Shown: positions 34,946 to 44,339 of the stretch, piece by piece
Layout of the letters: the number at the start of each line of letters is the position of its first letter
Numbering within the stretch: the stretch's first letter is position 1
Source: a virus
Lineage: Duplodnaviria; Caudoviricetes
IMG/VR virus record: IMGVR_UViG_2547132424_000002
Length of the DNA stretch: 64,000 bases
Reading direction: 5' to 3' (one strand)
Notes under the pieces: model-generated
Told to the model about the DNA's origin: nothing
Database searches by the model: none
The model's input: the letters and a program-made list of their open reading frames with translations, nothing else
Program-made: the position numbers and the translations under genes

Positions 34946-35209
34946 ATGGCGGGGATGATGCGCTCCCGGTCGACGGGCTGCACCTGCTGCGGTGATTGGG
35001 GCCCGGATCGCGCAGCCGAGAAACGCGACTGGCAGCGCCGGGAATGGGCGCAGGCCGACCGACGCCGCACCTGGCAGGGCGACGCCCGGCGACCTGACTA
35101 CTGGCCCGACGTTTTCGGCATGCTCGCCGAGGACTACCTGACCCACGGGTATTGGGCGGTGGAGTCCGCAGACGACTACTGGATGTATCCGACCGGAACG
35201 GAGTCCTGA
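34946..35209 (+). CDS. Hypothetical protein
   Basis: GAGGAGG SD. Confidence 0.55.
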   Translation: MAGMMRSRSTGCTCCGDWGPDRAAEKRDWQRREWAQADRRRTWQGDARRPDYWPDVFGMLAEDYLTHGYWAVESADDYWMYPTGTES

Positions 35210-35712
35210 TGGCGATCGGCAGTTACATGCTTGAGTTCGACAGCCGTCCGGATCAAGGGCCGATGTGGATCGGCCCGTTCGGCTCATCGGAGGCTGCGGA
35301 CCGCGAAGCTCGTCGTATCACCGGCGGCGTCGGCGAGTGGTCTTGGTCGGTCGTTCCGCTCACTGCTCCGGAGGAATCCATCAAGTACCGCAAGAAGCCT
35401 GTCGAGGTCGAGGCTGAGCACTTCTCGAGCCTCAACGGCGAGCGAATCGTCGAGTGGATCAACACCAACGGCGGCACGGCCCGCCTGCACATCATCGACA
35501 AGATGTACGACCGCGACACCGACTCCTTCAAGCCCATCGATGACTATCCGCCATCGATCACGATCGAAACGCTCGAGGGCACCATGTGCGCCAATGTGGG
35601 CGACTGGATGATTCAGGACGCGCTGGGTAACCCGGACCCGGCCGAAGCTCGGCTGGCGATCGACGAGTGGAAGCGGCGGCTGTACGCGAAGGCAGGGGGC
35701 TGTGGTGAGTGA
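35209..35712 (+). CDS. Chimeric hypothetical protein containing a KYRKKPVEVEA...TLEGTM...GDW module
   Basis: TGATG coupling; module truncated after GDWMI. Confidence 0.6.
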   Translation: MAIGSYMLEFDSRPDQGPMWIGPFGSSEAADREARRITGGVGEWSWSVVPLTAPEESIKYRKKPVEVEAEHFSSLNGERIVEWINTNGGTARLHIIDKMYDRDTDSFKPIDDYPPSITIETLEGTMCANVGDWMIQDALGNPDPAEARLAIDEWKRRLYAKAGGCGE

Positions 35713-35893
35713 TCAGCGCATCGCTCGGGCGCGCGCTCGGTTCCGGATCGGTGCCTACTTGTTCGAGTACGACCGGCGGTGGCGGCGCTGGCGCAGCTGG
35801 TCTTGTGAGAGCCATGCGCGCGGTTGCGCGTTCCGGCCGACGCCGGTCCACGCATGGCTCGCGCAACGCCGATTCGAACGCGAATTGCGCTGA
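35705..35893 (+). CDS. Arg-rich hypothetical protein
   Basis: Coupled. Confidence 0.4.
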   Translation: MSDQRIARARARFRIGAYLFEYDRRWRRWRSWSCESHARGCAFRPTPVHAWLAQRRFERELR

Positions 35894-36050
35894 GCGAGGT
35901 CTGCCGGGTGCTCTCGTGATGGCCAGCGCCGCTTGGGAACTGGACCGGTTGCCCGGGGTGTGTGGTGGTTGACCGTTTCGAGCGCGGCTATGTCGCGCTG
36001 CTGCAGCTGCTGCTCCGCCGTCTCGGCGTGATGCGCCGCTGAAAGCTCCC

Positions 36051-36172
36051 CCGCGGCGTGGCGTCCGCGGGTAGTCGTCGCGTGTACGTCCTTCTGCCAG
36101 GTCGTGACTGCACGCGGCGCACCTACTTCGCCGCCGAAAGTGCGGCAAAACAGCTGGTCGCACTCGACCAGC
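36051..36172. ncRNA. Candidate structured RNA
   Basis: Four consecutive hairpins including an 11-bp helix, a GAAA tetraloop and a perfect 8-bp stem. Confidence 0.35.
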
Positions 36173-36207
36173 CCCGCGAATCCGTCCGAACGCACCAGGA
36201 GAACAAC

Positions 36208-36324
36208 ATGCTCGGCACCGTGCTGTCCGCTCTGTGGACCATCATCAGCGCAGGCGACTTCGCTATCCCCCGCTGGGCGTTCCACGAGCTCGGCGAGCTG
36301 GCCGCCTACACCGGATCGGCGTAG
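36208..36324 (+). CDS. Small protein (38 aa)
   Basis: AGGAG SD. Confidence 0.5.
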   Translation: MLGTVLSALWTIISAGDFAIPRWAFHELGELAAYTGSA

Positions 36325-36326
36325 GC

Positions 36327-36635
36327 GTGCCGATGCTGGTGCGGGTTTGGGATGCGTCGATGAAGTTGGCGCACACGGTCGGTCCTGACCAGGTGAGCAC
36401 TCCTCGGCCTGGCCGACGGGTCGTCGCGACGCCCGCAAAGAGCCCGCTCGCGATGTTCGTCCAGAAGCAGGATGCGCAGGGCGGCCCGGTCGCGTACATC
36501 ACGATCGACGGGCCCGGCCCGGACGATCGCTGGCTCGGCCGCCTCAGCGACTACGAGATCACCCGCGGCGCGAAGCACGAGTGCGCGCACTGCCAGCACG
36601 GCCACGAGACGCTCGTGCAGATCGGCTGGGAATGA
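36327..36635 (+). CDS. Hypothetical protein
   Basis: High GC3; coupled to next gene. Confidence 0.55.
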   Translation: MPMLVRVWDASMKLAHTVGPDQVSTPRPGRRVVATPAKSPLAMFVQKQDAQGGPVAYITIDGPGPDDRWLGRLSDYEITRGAKHECAHCQHGHETLVQIGWE

Positions 36636-36862
36636 ATCCGGATGTGTGGGGCGTGGAGGACGTGCGCAGTCGCGAGTTCCACTACGTCATCACCCTGCAG
36701 TATCACGACGAGTCCGGACGGGCGTGGCTGCGCACACAGGAGGGCATCTACCGCGCCGCCCCGGGTTGTACCCGACAGAAGGCGTACAACGTTATCCGAG
36801 ACAGTCTCGGCCATCCCGACTCGAACACCACGTTCTTCAGCCTCGAGCCGAACGAGCTGTGA
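36632..36862 (+). CDS. Hypothetical protein
   Basis: Coupled. Confidence 0.55.
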   Translation: MNPDVWGVEDVRSREFHYVITLQYHDESGRAWLRTQEGIYRAAPGCTRQKAYNVIRDSLGHPDSNTTFFSLEPNEL

Positions 36863-37038
36863 TCATGCATGTCCACACCGACCAGTGCCCGATCCCGCTG
36901 GCGCTGCACCGGCATCCGATGTCGCCGATCCCGATCGCTCCGTTCGCGCGACGAGCATGCGACCCCGACGGGGCTGTCGTAGTCCAGAACCGCAATGGGA
37001 AGGCTTGGGTCGGGCGGATGGCACAGGCAGCCAAGTGA
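36859..37038 (+). CDS. Hypothetical protein
   Basis: Coupled both ends. Confidence 0.4.
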   Translation: MIMHVHTDQCPIPLALHRHPMSPIPIAPFARRACDPDGAVVVQNRNGKAWVGRMAQAAK

Positions 37039-37268
37039 CCGGAGCGGTGTTGACCGACCGGCGCGATGTGAAGGCGCTGCCCGCTGGATCGATCATCTCG
37101 TGGCTCACGTATCCGGACGATCCTGAATCGGAGGTCGTCGCGATCGTCGGGCACGGCGAGGACGGTGATGTGCGTCTGGCTCATACCGGGTCGGCGTACT
37201 GGCTCAGTGATGTCAATTACCTCGTCCAGCTGCCGTGCACGGTGATCCGGTACGGGCGCACCTCGTGA
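37035..37268 (+). CDS. Hypothetical protein
   Basis: Coupled. Confidence 0.55.
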   Translation: MTGAVLTDRRDVKALPAGSIISWLTYPDDPESEVVAIVGHGEDGDVRLAHTGSAYWLSDVNYLVQLPCTVIRYGRTS

Positions 37269-37284
37269 AGTGGAGATCGTCGAA

Positions 37285-38214
37285 TTGAGAATCGCGTTTC
37301 TCGGCAACTTCCAGGTCGACTATTGCTCCGAGGTGCACCACGCGAAGTCGCTGGAGTCCCTTGGGCACACGGTGGTCCGGCTGCAGGAGACTGTCGCCTC
37401 GTCGGACGAGGTCCTCGCCGCAGGATGCGCCGCCGATCTGTTCGTGTGGGTGCATACGCACGGCTGGAACACCCCGGGCGATATCGGGGCCGCGATCCGC
37501 GCGCTCCGCACCGCCGGTGTCCCGACGCTGTCCTATCACCTGGACCGGTGGCTCGGCCTCCGCCGCCAGGCCGACATGCGCGCTACGGAGCCGTATTGGT
37601 CGCTGGATCACTTCTTCACCTGTGATGCGGCACAAGCAGATTGGCTGAACGCGCACACCAACATGCGCGGCCACTACCTACCGGCCGCCGTGTTCGGTCC
37701 GGAGTGCTACATGGCCGCCCCGCGCACCCGTTTCGATGTCGCGTTCGTCGGCAGCAAGGGCTATCACCCGGAGTATCCGTACCGGCCGAAGCTGATCGAC
37801 TGGCTGGCCTCCACGTACGGTGACCGGTTCCGGCACTACGGCGGCGGTGGCCTGCCGACCGTGCGCGGCGCCGACCTCAACGGCGTGTACGCCGACGCCC
37901 GCGTGGTGGTCGGTGACAGCCTGTGCCTGGACCCGGACTATCCGGGCATGTACTGGTCCGACCGGATCTACGAAACCCTCGGCCGCGCAGGTTTTCTCAT
38001 CCATCCGCGGCTCAAGGGCCTGGAGAACCACTTCGGCCCGGAGCATGTCGTGCTGTATGAGCACGGCGACCTCGAGCAGTTGCGCGAACTGATCGACTAC
38101 TACCTCGCCAACCCCAGCGAGCGGGAGACGATCCGGCGCGCCGGGCACGAGCATGTGAAGGCCAACCACACCTACGCGCACCGGTGGCAGACCATCCTGG
38201 AGACGATCGCGTGA
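37285..38214 (+). CDS. Glycosyltransferase (CgeB/DUF3880-like, GT-B)
   Basis: FDVAFVGS...YRPKLIDWL...DLN..YA.A.VV.GD...YWSDRIYE.LG...FLI; TTG start with GGAGA SD (GTG 37270 is an alternative start). Confidence 0.85.
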   Translation: MRIAFLGNFQVDYCSEVHHAKSLESLGHTVVRLQETVASSDEVLAAGCAADLFVWVHTHGWNTPGDIGAAIRALRTAGVPTLSYHLDRWLGLRRQADMRATEPYWSLDHFFTCDAAQADWLNAHTNMRGHYLPAAVFGPECYMAAPRTRFDVAFVGSKGYHPEYPYRPKLIDWLASTYGDRFRHYGGGGLPTVRGADLNGVYADARVVVGDSLCLDPDYPGMYWSDRIYETLGRAGFLIHPRLKGLENHFGPEHVVLYEHGDLEQLRELIDYYLANPSERETIRRAGHEHVKANHTYAHRWQTILETIA

Positions 38215-38798
38215 CCGCGGCCGAGCGCGAGCACTGGCTGTCGATCACCGACGACCCGGACTGGCGCCGCAACTACATCCACGACCCCGCGATCAGCGTC
38301 GACGAGACGGTCGCCGTGATCACCGCGGCCGCCCCGCCGCAGCCGGGCCGGATCCTGGAACTCGGTTGCGGGTACGGGCGCCTCACCCGCGAGATCGGCC
38401 GCGTGTACCCGGAAGCTGTGATCATCGGCCTGGACATCAACCCGGACGTCCTCGACGTCGCCCGCGGCTACGACCCGCGCACCACGTTCCTGTACGACGA
38501 GCGGCTCAGCCACCTCAGCACCACGCTGGACCTCATCTACTCGGTGGCCGTGTTCCAGCATCTCCCCGACGGGGAGAAGCAGGCGTACATCGCGCAGGCA
38601 TCCACCGTGCTGGACGCGGGCGGTGTGCTGCGTGTCCAGTTCATCGCCGGGGACCGCGACGACCACCTCGATCACTGGGTGCCCGCCGACCGCATGATCC
38701 GATGGGCACGGGCCGCTGGATTCGCTGATGTCTCGGTCGATGAAGGCTTGGCGCATCCGCAGTGGGCGTGGCTGACCGCGGTCAAGGCGGCGCGATGA
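38211..38798 (+). CDS. Class I SAM-dependent methyltransferase
   Basis: ILELGCGYGR, GLDIN, DLIYSVAVFQH. Confidence 0.9.
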   Translation: MTAAEREHWLSITDDPDWRRNYIHDPAISVDETVAVITAAAPPQPGRILELGCGYGRLTREIGRVYPEAVIIGLDINPDVLDVARGYDPRTTFLYDERLSHLSTTLDLIYSVAVFQHLPDGEKQAYIAQASTVLDAGGVLRVQFIAGDRDDHLDHWVPADRMIRWARAAGFADVSVDEGLAHPQWAWLTAVKAAR

Positions 38799-39607
38799 GC
38801 TTCCGCGGTCACACGACGCTCACCGCTCGTCTGGCACCGGCATACGCCGAGTTGCCCGACGTTGCGGGGTTCGCGGCTCAATTCCGCAGGGACTTCGATC
38901 TCGATGTGTTCGCTCCGGACTCCGCGGCCAAACCCGGTTACGGCGAATACGACCCGGGTCGCGACGCTGTCACCGAATCCTTGCTCGCGCAAACGGTCTG
39001 GGAGGCTCAGGAATCCACGCTGGCCGCGGATATCCTCGCTCAGACCGCTGGTGTGGTTCTGGATTTCGGGGCGCACATCGGCTGGTACACGGTGCTGGCT
39101 GCCCTGTTCGGCGCGCACCCGGTGATCGCGTTCGAAGAACACGAAGCCACCCGGGAAGTCCTGGAAGCCAACATCCGCCGTCATTCGGTGGCTGCGGACC
39201 TCCGGCCGGGCGTCACCGCATCGACCACGCCGTTCGCGCACGACAGTATCGGCGAAGTCGCGTTGATGAAATGCGACATCGAAGGCGCCGAGGACCTCGC
39301 GGTCGACGCGTGCGCTGAACTGTTCGCAGACCACCGCATCCGCTACGCGCTGATCGAGATCTCCCCGATCTTCACCGCCGACGGACGCTCGAACTGCGAC
39401 TACGTCGCGATGACCGGGCAGCTGCTCGATTGGGGATATCACCTGTTCCGGATACCGCCCAAGGGGTGGGAGCACAACGACGAATACCGGGAGCAGCCGG
39501 TTGCAACGTTGATCCGCCGCTGCGCGGTCGGCGCCGACTGGCCTGCCGTGATCGCGGGCTGCCGACAGGACAATTTCGTGTTCATCCGGAGCGAGGACGC
39601 AGCGTGA
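38795..39607 (+). CDS. FkbM family methyltransferase
   Basis: VLDFGAHIGWYT, VIAFE, LMKCDIEGAE. Confidence 0.85.
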   Translation: MSFRGHTTLTARLAPAYAELPDVAGFAAQFRRDFDLDVFAPDSAAKPGYGEYDPGRDAVTESLLAQTVWEAQESTLAADILAQTAGVVLDFGAHIGWYTVLAALFGAHPVIAFEEHEATREVLEANIRRHSVAADLRPGVTASTTPFAHDSIGEVALMKCDIEGAEDLAVDACAELFADHRIRYALIEISPIFTADGRSNCDYVAMTGQLLDWGYHLFRIPPKGWEHNDEYREQPVATLIRRCAVGADWPAVIAGCRQDNFVFIRSEDAA

Positions 39608-41205
39608 TCCCGGTCGTGCGTCTGGTGCCCGGTGATCAGTGGGATCAGAACATGCTCGATCTGCTTCTGGCCGATGCGCTGTATCCGCACGGTCTGCAGT
39701 TCGAGGCGGCTGAGGTGTGGCCGGACGCGCGGGGCATCGTGCTCGTGGTCCCGGGCCGTTACTGGGCGGACCGCACCGATGAACTCACCGCGGCGCTCGC
39801 CCGCTACGAATGGGTGCTCGCGATCCGCACGTCGGACGAGGAAGCCCTGTTCGAGATCGCGAAGGTCGAGCACCCGAACATCCGCTGGTGGGTACAGACG
39901 CCGCGTGACCGCCGCGACTACGCCGCGACCCGCTACTTGCCGCTCGGCTTCCCGAGCCACTTCAACAAGCTACCGCCCGGCAAGCCCAAGCAGGTCGACG
40001 TGTTCCTGTCCGGGCAGAACACCCACGACCGGCGAGCCCAGTGCTTCGCCGCGCTCGACCGCGTCGATCGCGACAAGATCGTCAACGAGACCGCCGGTTT
40101 CACGCAGGGCATGCCGCGCTACGACTATGCCGGTCGGATGATCGCGGCCCGGGTCGCGCCGTGCCCGTCCGGTGCGGTCAGCCCCGAATCGTTCCGCGTG
40201 TACGAGGCTCTCGAGGCGCACACGATGCCGATCGCCGACGACGTCTCCCCCGTGTACTCGTCGCACGGCTACTGGACCGCGCTGTTCCCCGATGTGCCGT
40301 TCCCGACGATCACCAACTACGCGAGCCTGCCGGGCTACATCGACGACGTGCTCGCCGACTATCCGCGCATCGCGAACCGGATCACTGCCTGGTGGATCGG
40401 TCAGAAACGCCGCCTCGGTGAGTGGCTGATCCGCGATCTCGAAGCCCTCGGCGCCGCGCCCGAACCGCACCGGTCTCCGATCACCGTGCTGGTGTCGTCG
40501 AGTCCGATCCCGTCGCACCCGTCGACCGAGCTGATCGAGGAAACGATCGAGTCGATCCGGGAACGGCTGCCGGACAGCGAGATCATCCTCATGCTCGACG
40601 GCATCCGCCCCGAGCAGGACCACCGGCGCGCGGCCTACGAGGCGTATATCCAGGCCGTGCTCGAGCTGGCCGATCACCAGTGGCGCAACGTGCTCCCGCT
40701 GATCAGCGACGAGCACCAGCACCAAGGCGGCTGCACCGCCCGCGCCCTCGAGCACGTCCGGACACCGCTGATCCTGTACGTGGAGCACGACACCCCACTC
40801 ACCGGCGGAATCCCGTTCGATGACCTCGCCGACGTGGTCCTGGCCGGCGACGCGAACGTGATCCGGTTCCACCACGAAACCCGGATCCTGGACGAACACC
40901 GCTACCTGATGCTCGACCAGGAAACGCAGCTGGTGCGCGGTGTGCCGATGCAGCGCACGATCCAGTGGTCCCAGCGCCCGCACCTCGCCTCCCTGGCCTG
41001 GTACCGCGGCTTCCTCGCCCGCTGCTTCCCGGCCGGTGAGCGCGACTTCATCGAAGACCGCGCGTACGGGCTGCTCGTCAACGACCACGGCCGCGACGGC
41101 GACATGGGCTGGCGCGGCTGGCGCACCTGGATCTACACGCCCGAGGGCAACGTTCAGCGCAGCTACCACACCGACGGACGAGACGGAGAGCGAAAGTATG
41201 GCTGA
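39604..41205 (+). CDS. Two-domain glycosyltransferase (exostosin/GT47-like plus GT-A)
   Basis: CPSG..SPESFRVYEALE...PI in the N-half; ILMLDG...YVEHD in the C-half. Confidence 0.7.
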   Translation: MIPVVRLVPGDQWDQNMLDLLLADALYPHGLQFEAAEVWPDARGIVLVVPGRYWADRTDELTAALARYEWVLAIRTSDEEALFEIAKVEHPNIRWWVQTPRDRRDYAATRYLPLGFPSHFNKLPPGKPKQVDVFLSGQNTHDRRAQCFAALDRVDRDKIVNETAGFTQGMPRYDYAGRMIAARVAPCPSGAVSPESFRVYEALEAHTMPIADDVSPVYSSHGYWTALFPDVPFPTITNYASLPGYIDDVLADYPRIANRITAWWIGQKRRLGEWLIRDLEALGAAPEPHRSPITVLVSSSPIPSHPSTELIEETIESIRERLPDSEIILMLDGIRPEQDHRRAAYEAYIQAVLELADHQWRNVLPLISDEHQHQGGCTARALEHVRTPLILYVEHDTPLTGGIPFDDLADVVLAGDANVIRFHHETRILDEHRYLMLDQETQLVRGVPMQRTIQWSQRPHLASLAWYRGFLARCFPAGERDFIEDRAYGLLVNDHGRDGDMGWRGWRTWIYTPEGNVQRSYHTDGRDGERKYG

Positions 41206-41446
41206 CCGGCCCATTCCCACGATCGGGCGCAACGTCCACTTCCAGACCTACGGCACCCCCGGCGGGGAATTCCCGTCGCAGACGTGTGCCGCGATCATCA
41301 CCCACGTCTACCCCGATGACGAACCCGATAAGGGCGACATGGTCGATCTGAAGGTGATATACCGCAACGGCGACTCGTACAAGACGTTCGTCAATCGTGC
41401 TGACGAGCCCACGCCCGGGTGCTGGAACTGGCCGCCCCGCGTCTGA
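41198..41446 (+). CDS. Small conserved phage protein
   Basis: PTIGR.VH......AAIIT.V.....V.L.V........W.WPPRV. Confidence 0.7.
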   Translation: MADRPIPTIGRNVHFQTYGTPGGEFPSQTCAAIITHVYPDDEPDKGDMVDLKVIYRNGDSYKTFVNRADEPTPGCWNWPPRV

Positions 41447-41564
41447 TGCTCGCTGGATACGCAAAACCCGGCTCACCAACCGTCCGGATGGCTGCCGGGT
41501 CCACTTCCAGGACGCTACGGCGTCCGGCGCACGCGACCGTAGCACTCGAACCGGAAGGACCTCG

Positions 41565-42599
41565 GTGAGGATCGGTCTGATCGCCCGCGCGGACAACACG
41601 GGCCTCGGTGTCCAGACCTACGAATTCGCGCAGCACATGCGGCCCGCGCGGGTGCTGGTCGTCGACATCAGCCACATGAAACGCAACACCCTGTTCCCGA
41701 ACCGGTACCCGGGCGCGGACATCGTGCGCGGCTTCCCCACCGAGCGGCAGTTCGCGCGCTTTCTCGACGATGTCGATGTGGTGTTCACCGCGGAGACACC
41801 GTACGGGCCGTGGCTGTACCCGATGGCCGAGCAGCGGGGCATCCCGACGGTCCAGCAGTACAACTACGAGTTCCTCGATCTCAGCACCGGATCGCCGACT
41901 GTGCTGGCCGCCCCCACCTTGTGGCGCTTCGAGGACGTCGAGCATCCGAACCATCAGCATCTGCCGGTGCCGATCGCCACCGAGCGATTCCCGCGACTGG
42001 GCCACATGCCCACCGCGACCCGCTTCCTTCACGTCGCCGGCCGCCCCGCGGTCCACGACCGCAACGGCACCGCCGATCTACTCGACGCGCTGCGCATGGT
42101 CCGCTCCCCGATCGAGGTGACGATCACCTGCCAGGACCGCCAGTACGTCGGCGGCCTGCTGTCCTCGCGAGCGATGCCAGCGAACGTGCACCTCACGGTC
42201 AAGACGATCGACGTGCAGAACTACTGGGACCTCTACACCGGCCACGACGTGCTGATCATGCCGCGCCGCTTCGGCGGCCTGTGCCTGCCGGTCAACGAAG
42301 CACTCGGCGCCGGAATGCCGGTGATCATGCCCGACGTCAGCCCGAACCACACCATGGTGCCCAGCGAATGGCTGGTACCCGCGACCAGCGGCGGCGAGTT
42401 CAAGGTCAGGCAGATGGTCGATCTGCACACCGTCGACCACCATGCCCTCGCGGACAAGATCGACCAGTTCGCCAGCGACCACGCCTTCTTCCAGCAGTCA
42501 GCCGCGACCGCGCTGGCGCTGGCCGACGTATACAGCTGGCGCGCCCTGAAGCCCCGCTACGAGCAGCTCCTGAACGCCCTGGTGCCCGCCCCGGCATGA
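41565..42599 (+). CDS. Glycosyltransferase (GT4-like, GT-B)
   Basis: FLHVAG...DRNGT, DVL.MP.RFGGL.LP.NEAL.AG.PVI. Confidence 0.88.
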   Translation: MRIGLIARADNTGLGVQTYEFAQHMRPARVLVVDISHMKRNTLFPNRYPGADIVRGFPTERQFARFLDDVDVVFTAETPYGPWLYPMAEQRGIPTVQQYNYEFLDLSTGSPTVLAAPTLWRFEDVEHPNHQHLPVPIATERFPRLGHMPTATRFLHVAGRPAVHDRNGTADLLDALRMVRSPIEVTITCQDRQYVGGLLSSRAMPANVHLTVKTIDVQNYWDLYTGHDVLIMPRRFGGLCLPVNEALGAGMPVIMPDVSPNHTMVPSEWLVPATSGGEFKVRQMVDLHTVDHHALADKIDQFASDHAFFQQSAATALALADVYSWRALKPRYEQLLNALVPAPA

Positions 42600-43231
42600 C
42601 CAGCCTGTCGTGCGCCGTCGTCGCACACACTGACCGCCTCGGCGCCGCCACCGACCTCGCCGCACTCGCTGACGCCCAGATCAGCATTGACGATGGCACG
42701 CTCGGCGCCGAAACCAATCACCTACGTGCATGGGCGATGACCCGCAACCATCCGTCTGATTGGGCGCTGGTCCTCGAGGACGACGCCCGACCGGTACCTG
42801 GCTTCACCGAGCAGGTCCACGCCGCGCTGCGGAAAGCGCCGGCGGCGATCGTGTCGTTGTACCTCGGCCGCACCCGGCCGCGCACATGGCAGCACCGCAT
42901 CGCCCAAGCCCTCGACCAAGCCGACATGCTCGACGCCCACTGGATCACCACCCACCATCTGCTCCACGGCGTCGCGGTCGCCATGCGCACCGAATTGCGC
43001 GACGACTGGATTCAGTGGGCCGCAAGCAGTGAGCTCCCGATCGATGAGCGGTTCGGCGCATGGGCCCGTGAACGCGGCCACCCGATCGCCTACGCTGTCC
43101 CGTCGCTGGTCGAGCACGCGGATTGGCCGACACTTATCCGCCACCGTGACGGCCAACCGCGGGACCAAGGCCGGATCGCGTGGCGCACTGGCACCCGAGA
43201 CATCTGGACCAGCAGATCCGTATTCATTTGA
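42596..43231 (+). CDS. Glycosyltransferase (GT-A, actinophage type)
   Basis: VVAH..R, DDG.LG...NH..AW, LVLEDDA, SLYLG..RP, PSLVEH.D. Confidence 0.8.
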   Translation: MTSLSCAVVAHTDRLGAATDLAALADAQISIDDGTLGAETNHLRAWAMTRNHPSDWALVLEDDARPVPGFTEQVHAALRKAPAAIVSLYLGRTRPRTWQHRIAQALDQADMLDAHWITTHHLLHGVAVAMRTELRDDWIQWAASSELPIDERFGAWARERGHPIAYAVPSLVEHADWPTLIRHRDGQPRDQGRIAWRTGTRDIWTSRSVFI

Positions 43232-43268
43232 CGAATCCTCAGCGATCCCGGGAGGAGGTGGACGCCTG

Positions 43269-43544
43269 ATGGTCGCAGGGCAGGAAGCATCGCCCGGTGA
43301 CGCTCGCAGCACCGAGCGCCTCATGAAGTACTGGGCCGAGGGCGCGGGGGCGGTCAAGATCCAGTGGGGCACGCCGGGCGACTGGTATCGCTGCGTTGCC
43401 GAACTTGGCAAGTACGTGCCCGACAGTCAGGTCAAGGGCCTGTGCGAGAACCTGCACGAGCGGGCGACCGGGATGACGACCGCCGAGCATACGAAGCTGA
43501 TCAACGCCAAGGCGCACAAGCATGGGAGCCACGGCGATGCATAG
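43269..43544 (+). CDS. Conserved actinophage hypothetical protein
   Basis: YW..G.GA.KI.WGTPGD..RC..EL.KY.....GLC.NLH..ATG. Confidence 0.7.
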   Translation: MVAGQEASPGDARSTERLMKYWAEGAGAVKIQWGTPGDWYRCVAELGKYVPDSQVKGLCENLHERATGMTTAEHTKLINAKAHKHGSHGDA

Positions 43545-43764
43545 CCCGATCGCACGGTGGACGGCCAGGCGCCGCTTCCGCCGGCACTGCCCGCACTCTC
43601 GGCTCGTGGCGATCATCGGTGACGAGATCCTGCGGACGCGCGCGTGCTGGCGGCTGCGCTGCCGGGACTGCGGTCAGTTCGTTGACGGGCCGCCCGCGCT
43701 GGCCGATACGCGCGGCCGCGCCGAGGGCGCGCTGATGACTGCGGCTCGGCGGCTCGGCCGTTGA
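43537..43764 (+). CDS. Hypothetical protein
   Basis: CPH...I.GDEI...R..C.DCG. Confidence 0.55.
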   Translation: MHSPIARWTARRRFRRHCPHSRLVAIIGDEILRTRACWRLRCRDCGQFVDGPPALADTRGRAEGALMTAARRLGR

Positions 43765-43922
43765 GCGCGGGGAAGAACCGCGGCCTGGTGTTCGAAGCGC
43801 TGCTGGACTGCGTCGACGAGGACGTGCCGGTGAGCGACGAGACGATCCGCGACTGGAGTCGCTACGTCGTCGAGTACCTGGATCGCAGGGGCCACGCGAT
43901 CCGACCGAAGCCGGACCGCTGA
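43761..43922 (+). CDS. Hypothetical protein
   Basis: TTGA and TGATG coupling. Confidence 0.5.
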   Translation: MSAGKNRGLVFEALLDCVDEDVPVSDETIRDWSRYVVEYLDRRGHAIRPKPDR

Positions 43923-44335
43923 TGCCGCGCGCGCCGCGCAAGTGCCCGGCTGAGGGCTGCGAGACGCGCATCACCGGCCGTGCCTACTGCCCGGAGCACA
44001 CCGAGGTGTGGGCGGGCAGTACCCGCGGGGCGGACGACGCGGAGTGGAGGCGCGTGCGGCTGCGCGTGCTCGACCGCGACGACGGCCGCTGCTGGATGTG
44101 CCGCGGCGACGGAGCCGACACCGTCGACCACCTGACTCCGAAAGCCGCAGGTGGGAGCGACGGCCTGGACAACCTCGCCGCGATCCACGATCGCGCCTGG
44201 CCGCACTGCCACCGCGCCAAAACCGCCCTGGACCGCCTCGCGATGGCCCGCCGATGGCCCCCGGACCGGTACCGGTCCGCCATCGGAAAACTGTGCTCTG
44301 ACCTGCGGAAACGCCGCGAAATCGGTCCTCGCTGA
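43922..44335 (+). CDS. Packaging-associated HNH endonuclease
   Basis: W...R..VL.RD..RCWMC....A.TVDH..P...GG.D..DNL..IH..CH..KT; immediately before the cos-like region. Confidence 0.88.
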   Translation: MPRAPRKCPAEGCETRITGRAYCPEHTEVWAGSTRGADDAEWRRVRLRVLDRDDGRCWMCRGDGADTVDHLTPKAAGGSDGLDNLAAIHDRAWPHCHRAKTALDRLAMARRWPPDRYRSAIGKLCSDLRKRREIGPR

Positions 44336-44339
44336 CGGG

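Noticed and set aside
34277-36172. Known ribozyme or riboswitch (hammerhead, twister, pistol, cobalamin), tmRNA or group I intron
   Set aside because: I could not find their conserved cores by eye; an Rfam scan is still needed
41446-41568. 40-aa ORF coupled at both ends between GT genes
   Set aside because: Low GC3 and several hairpins; cannot tell a micro-gene from a structured spacer, so not listed as a feature
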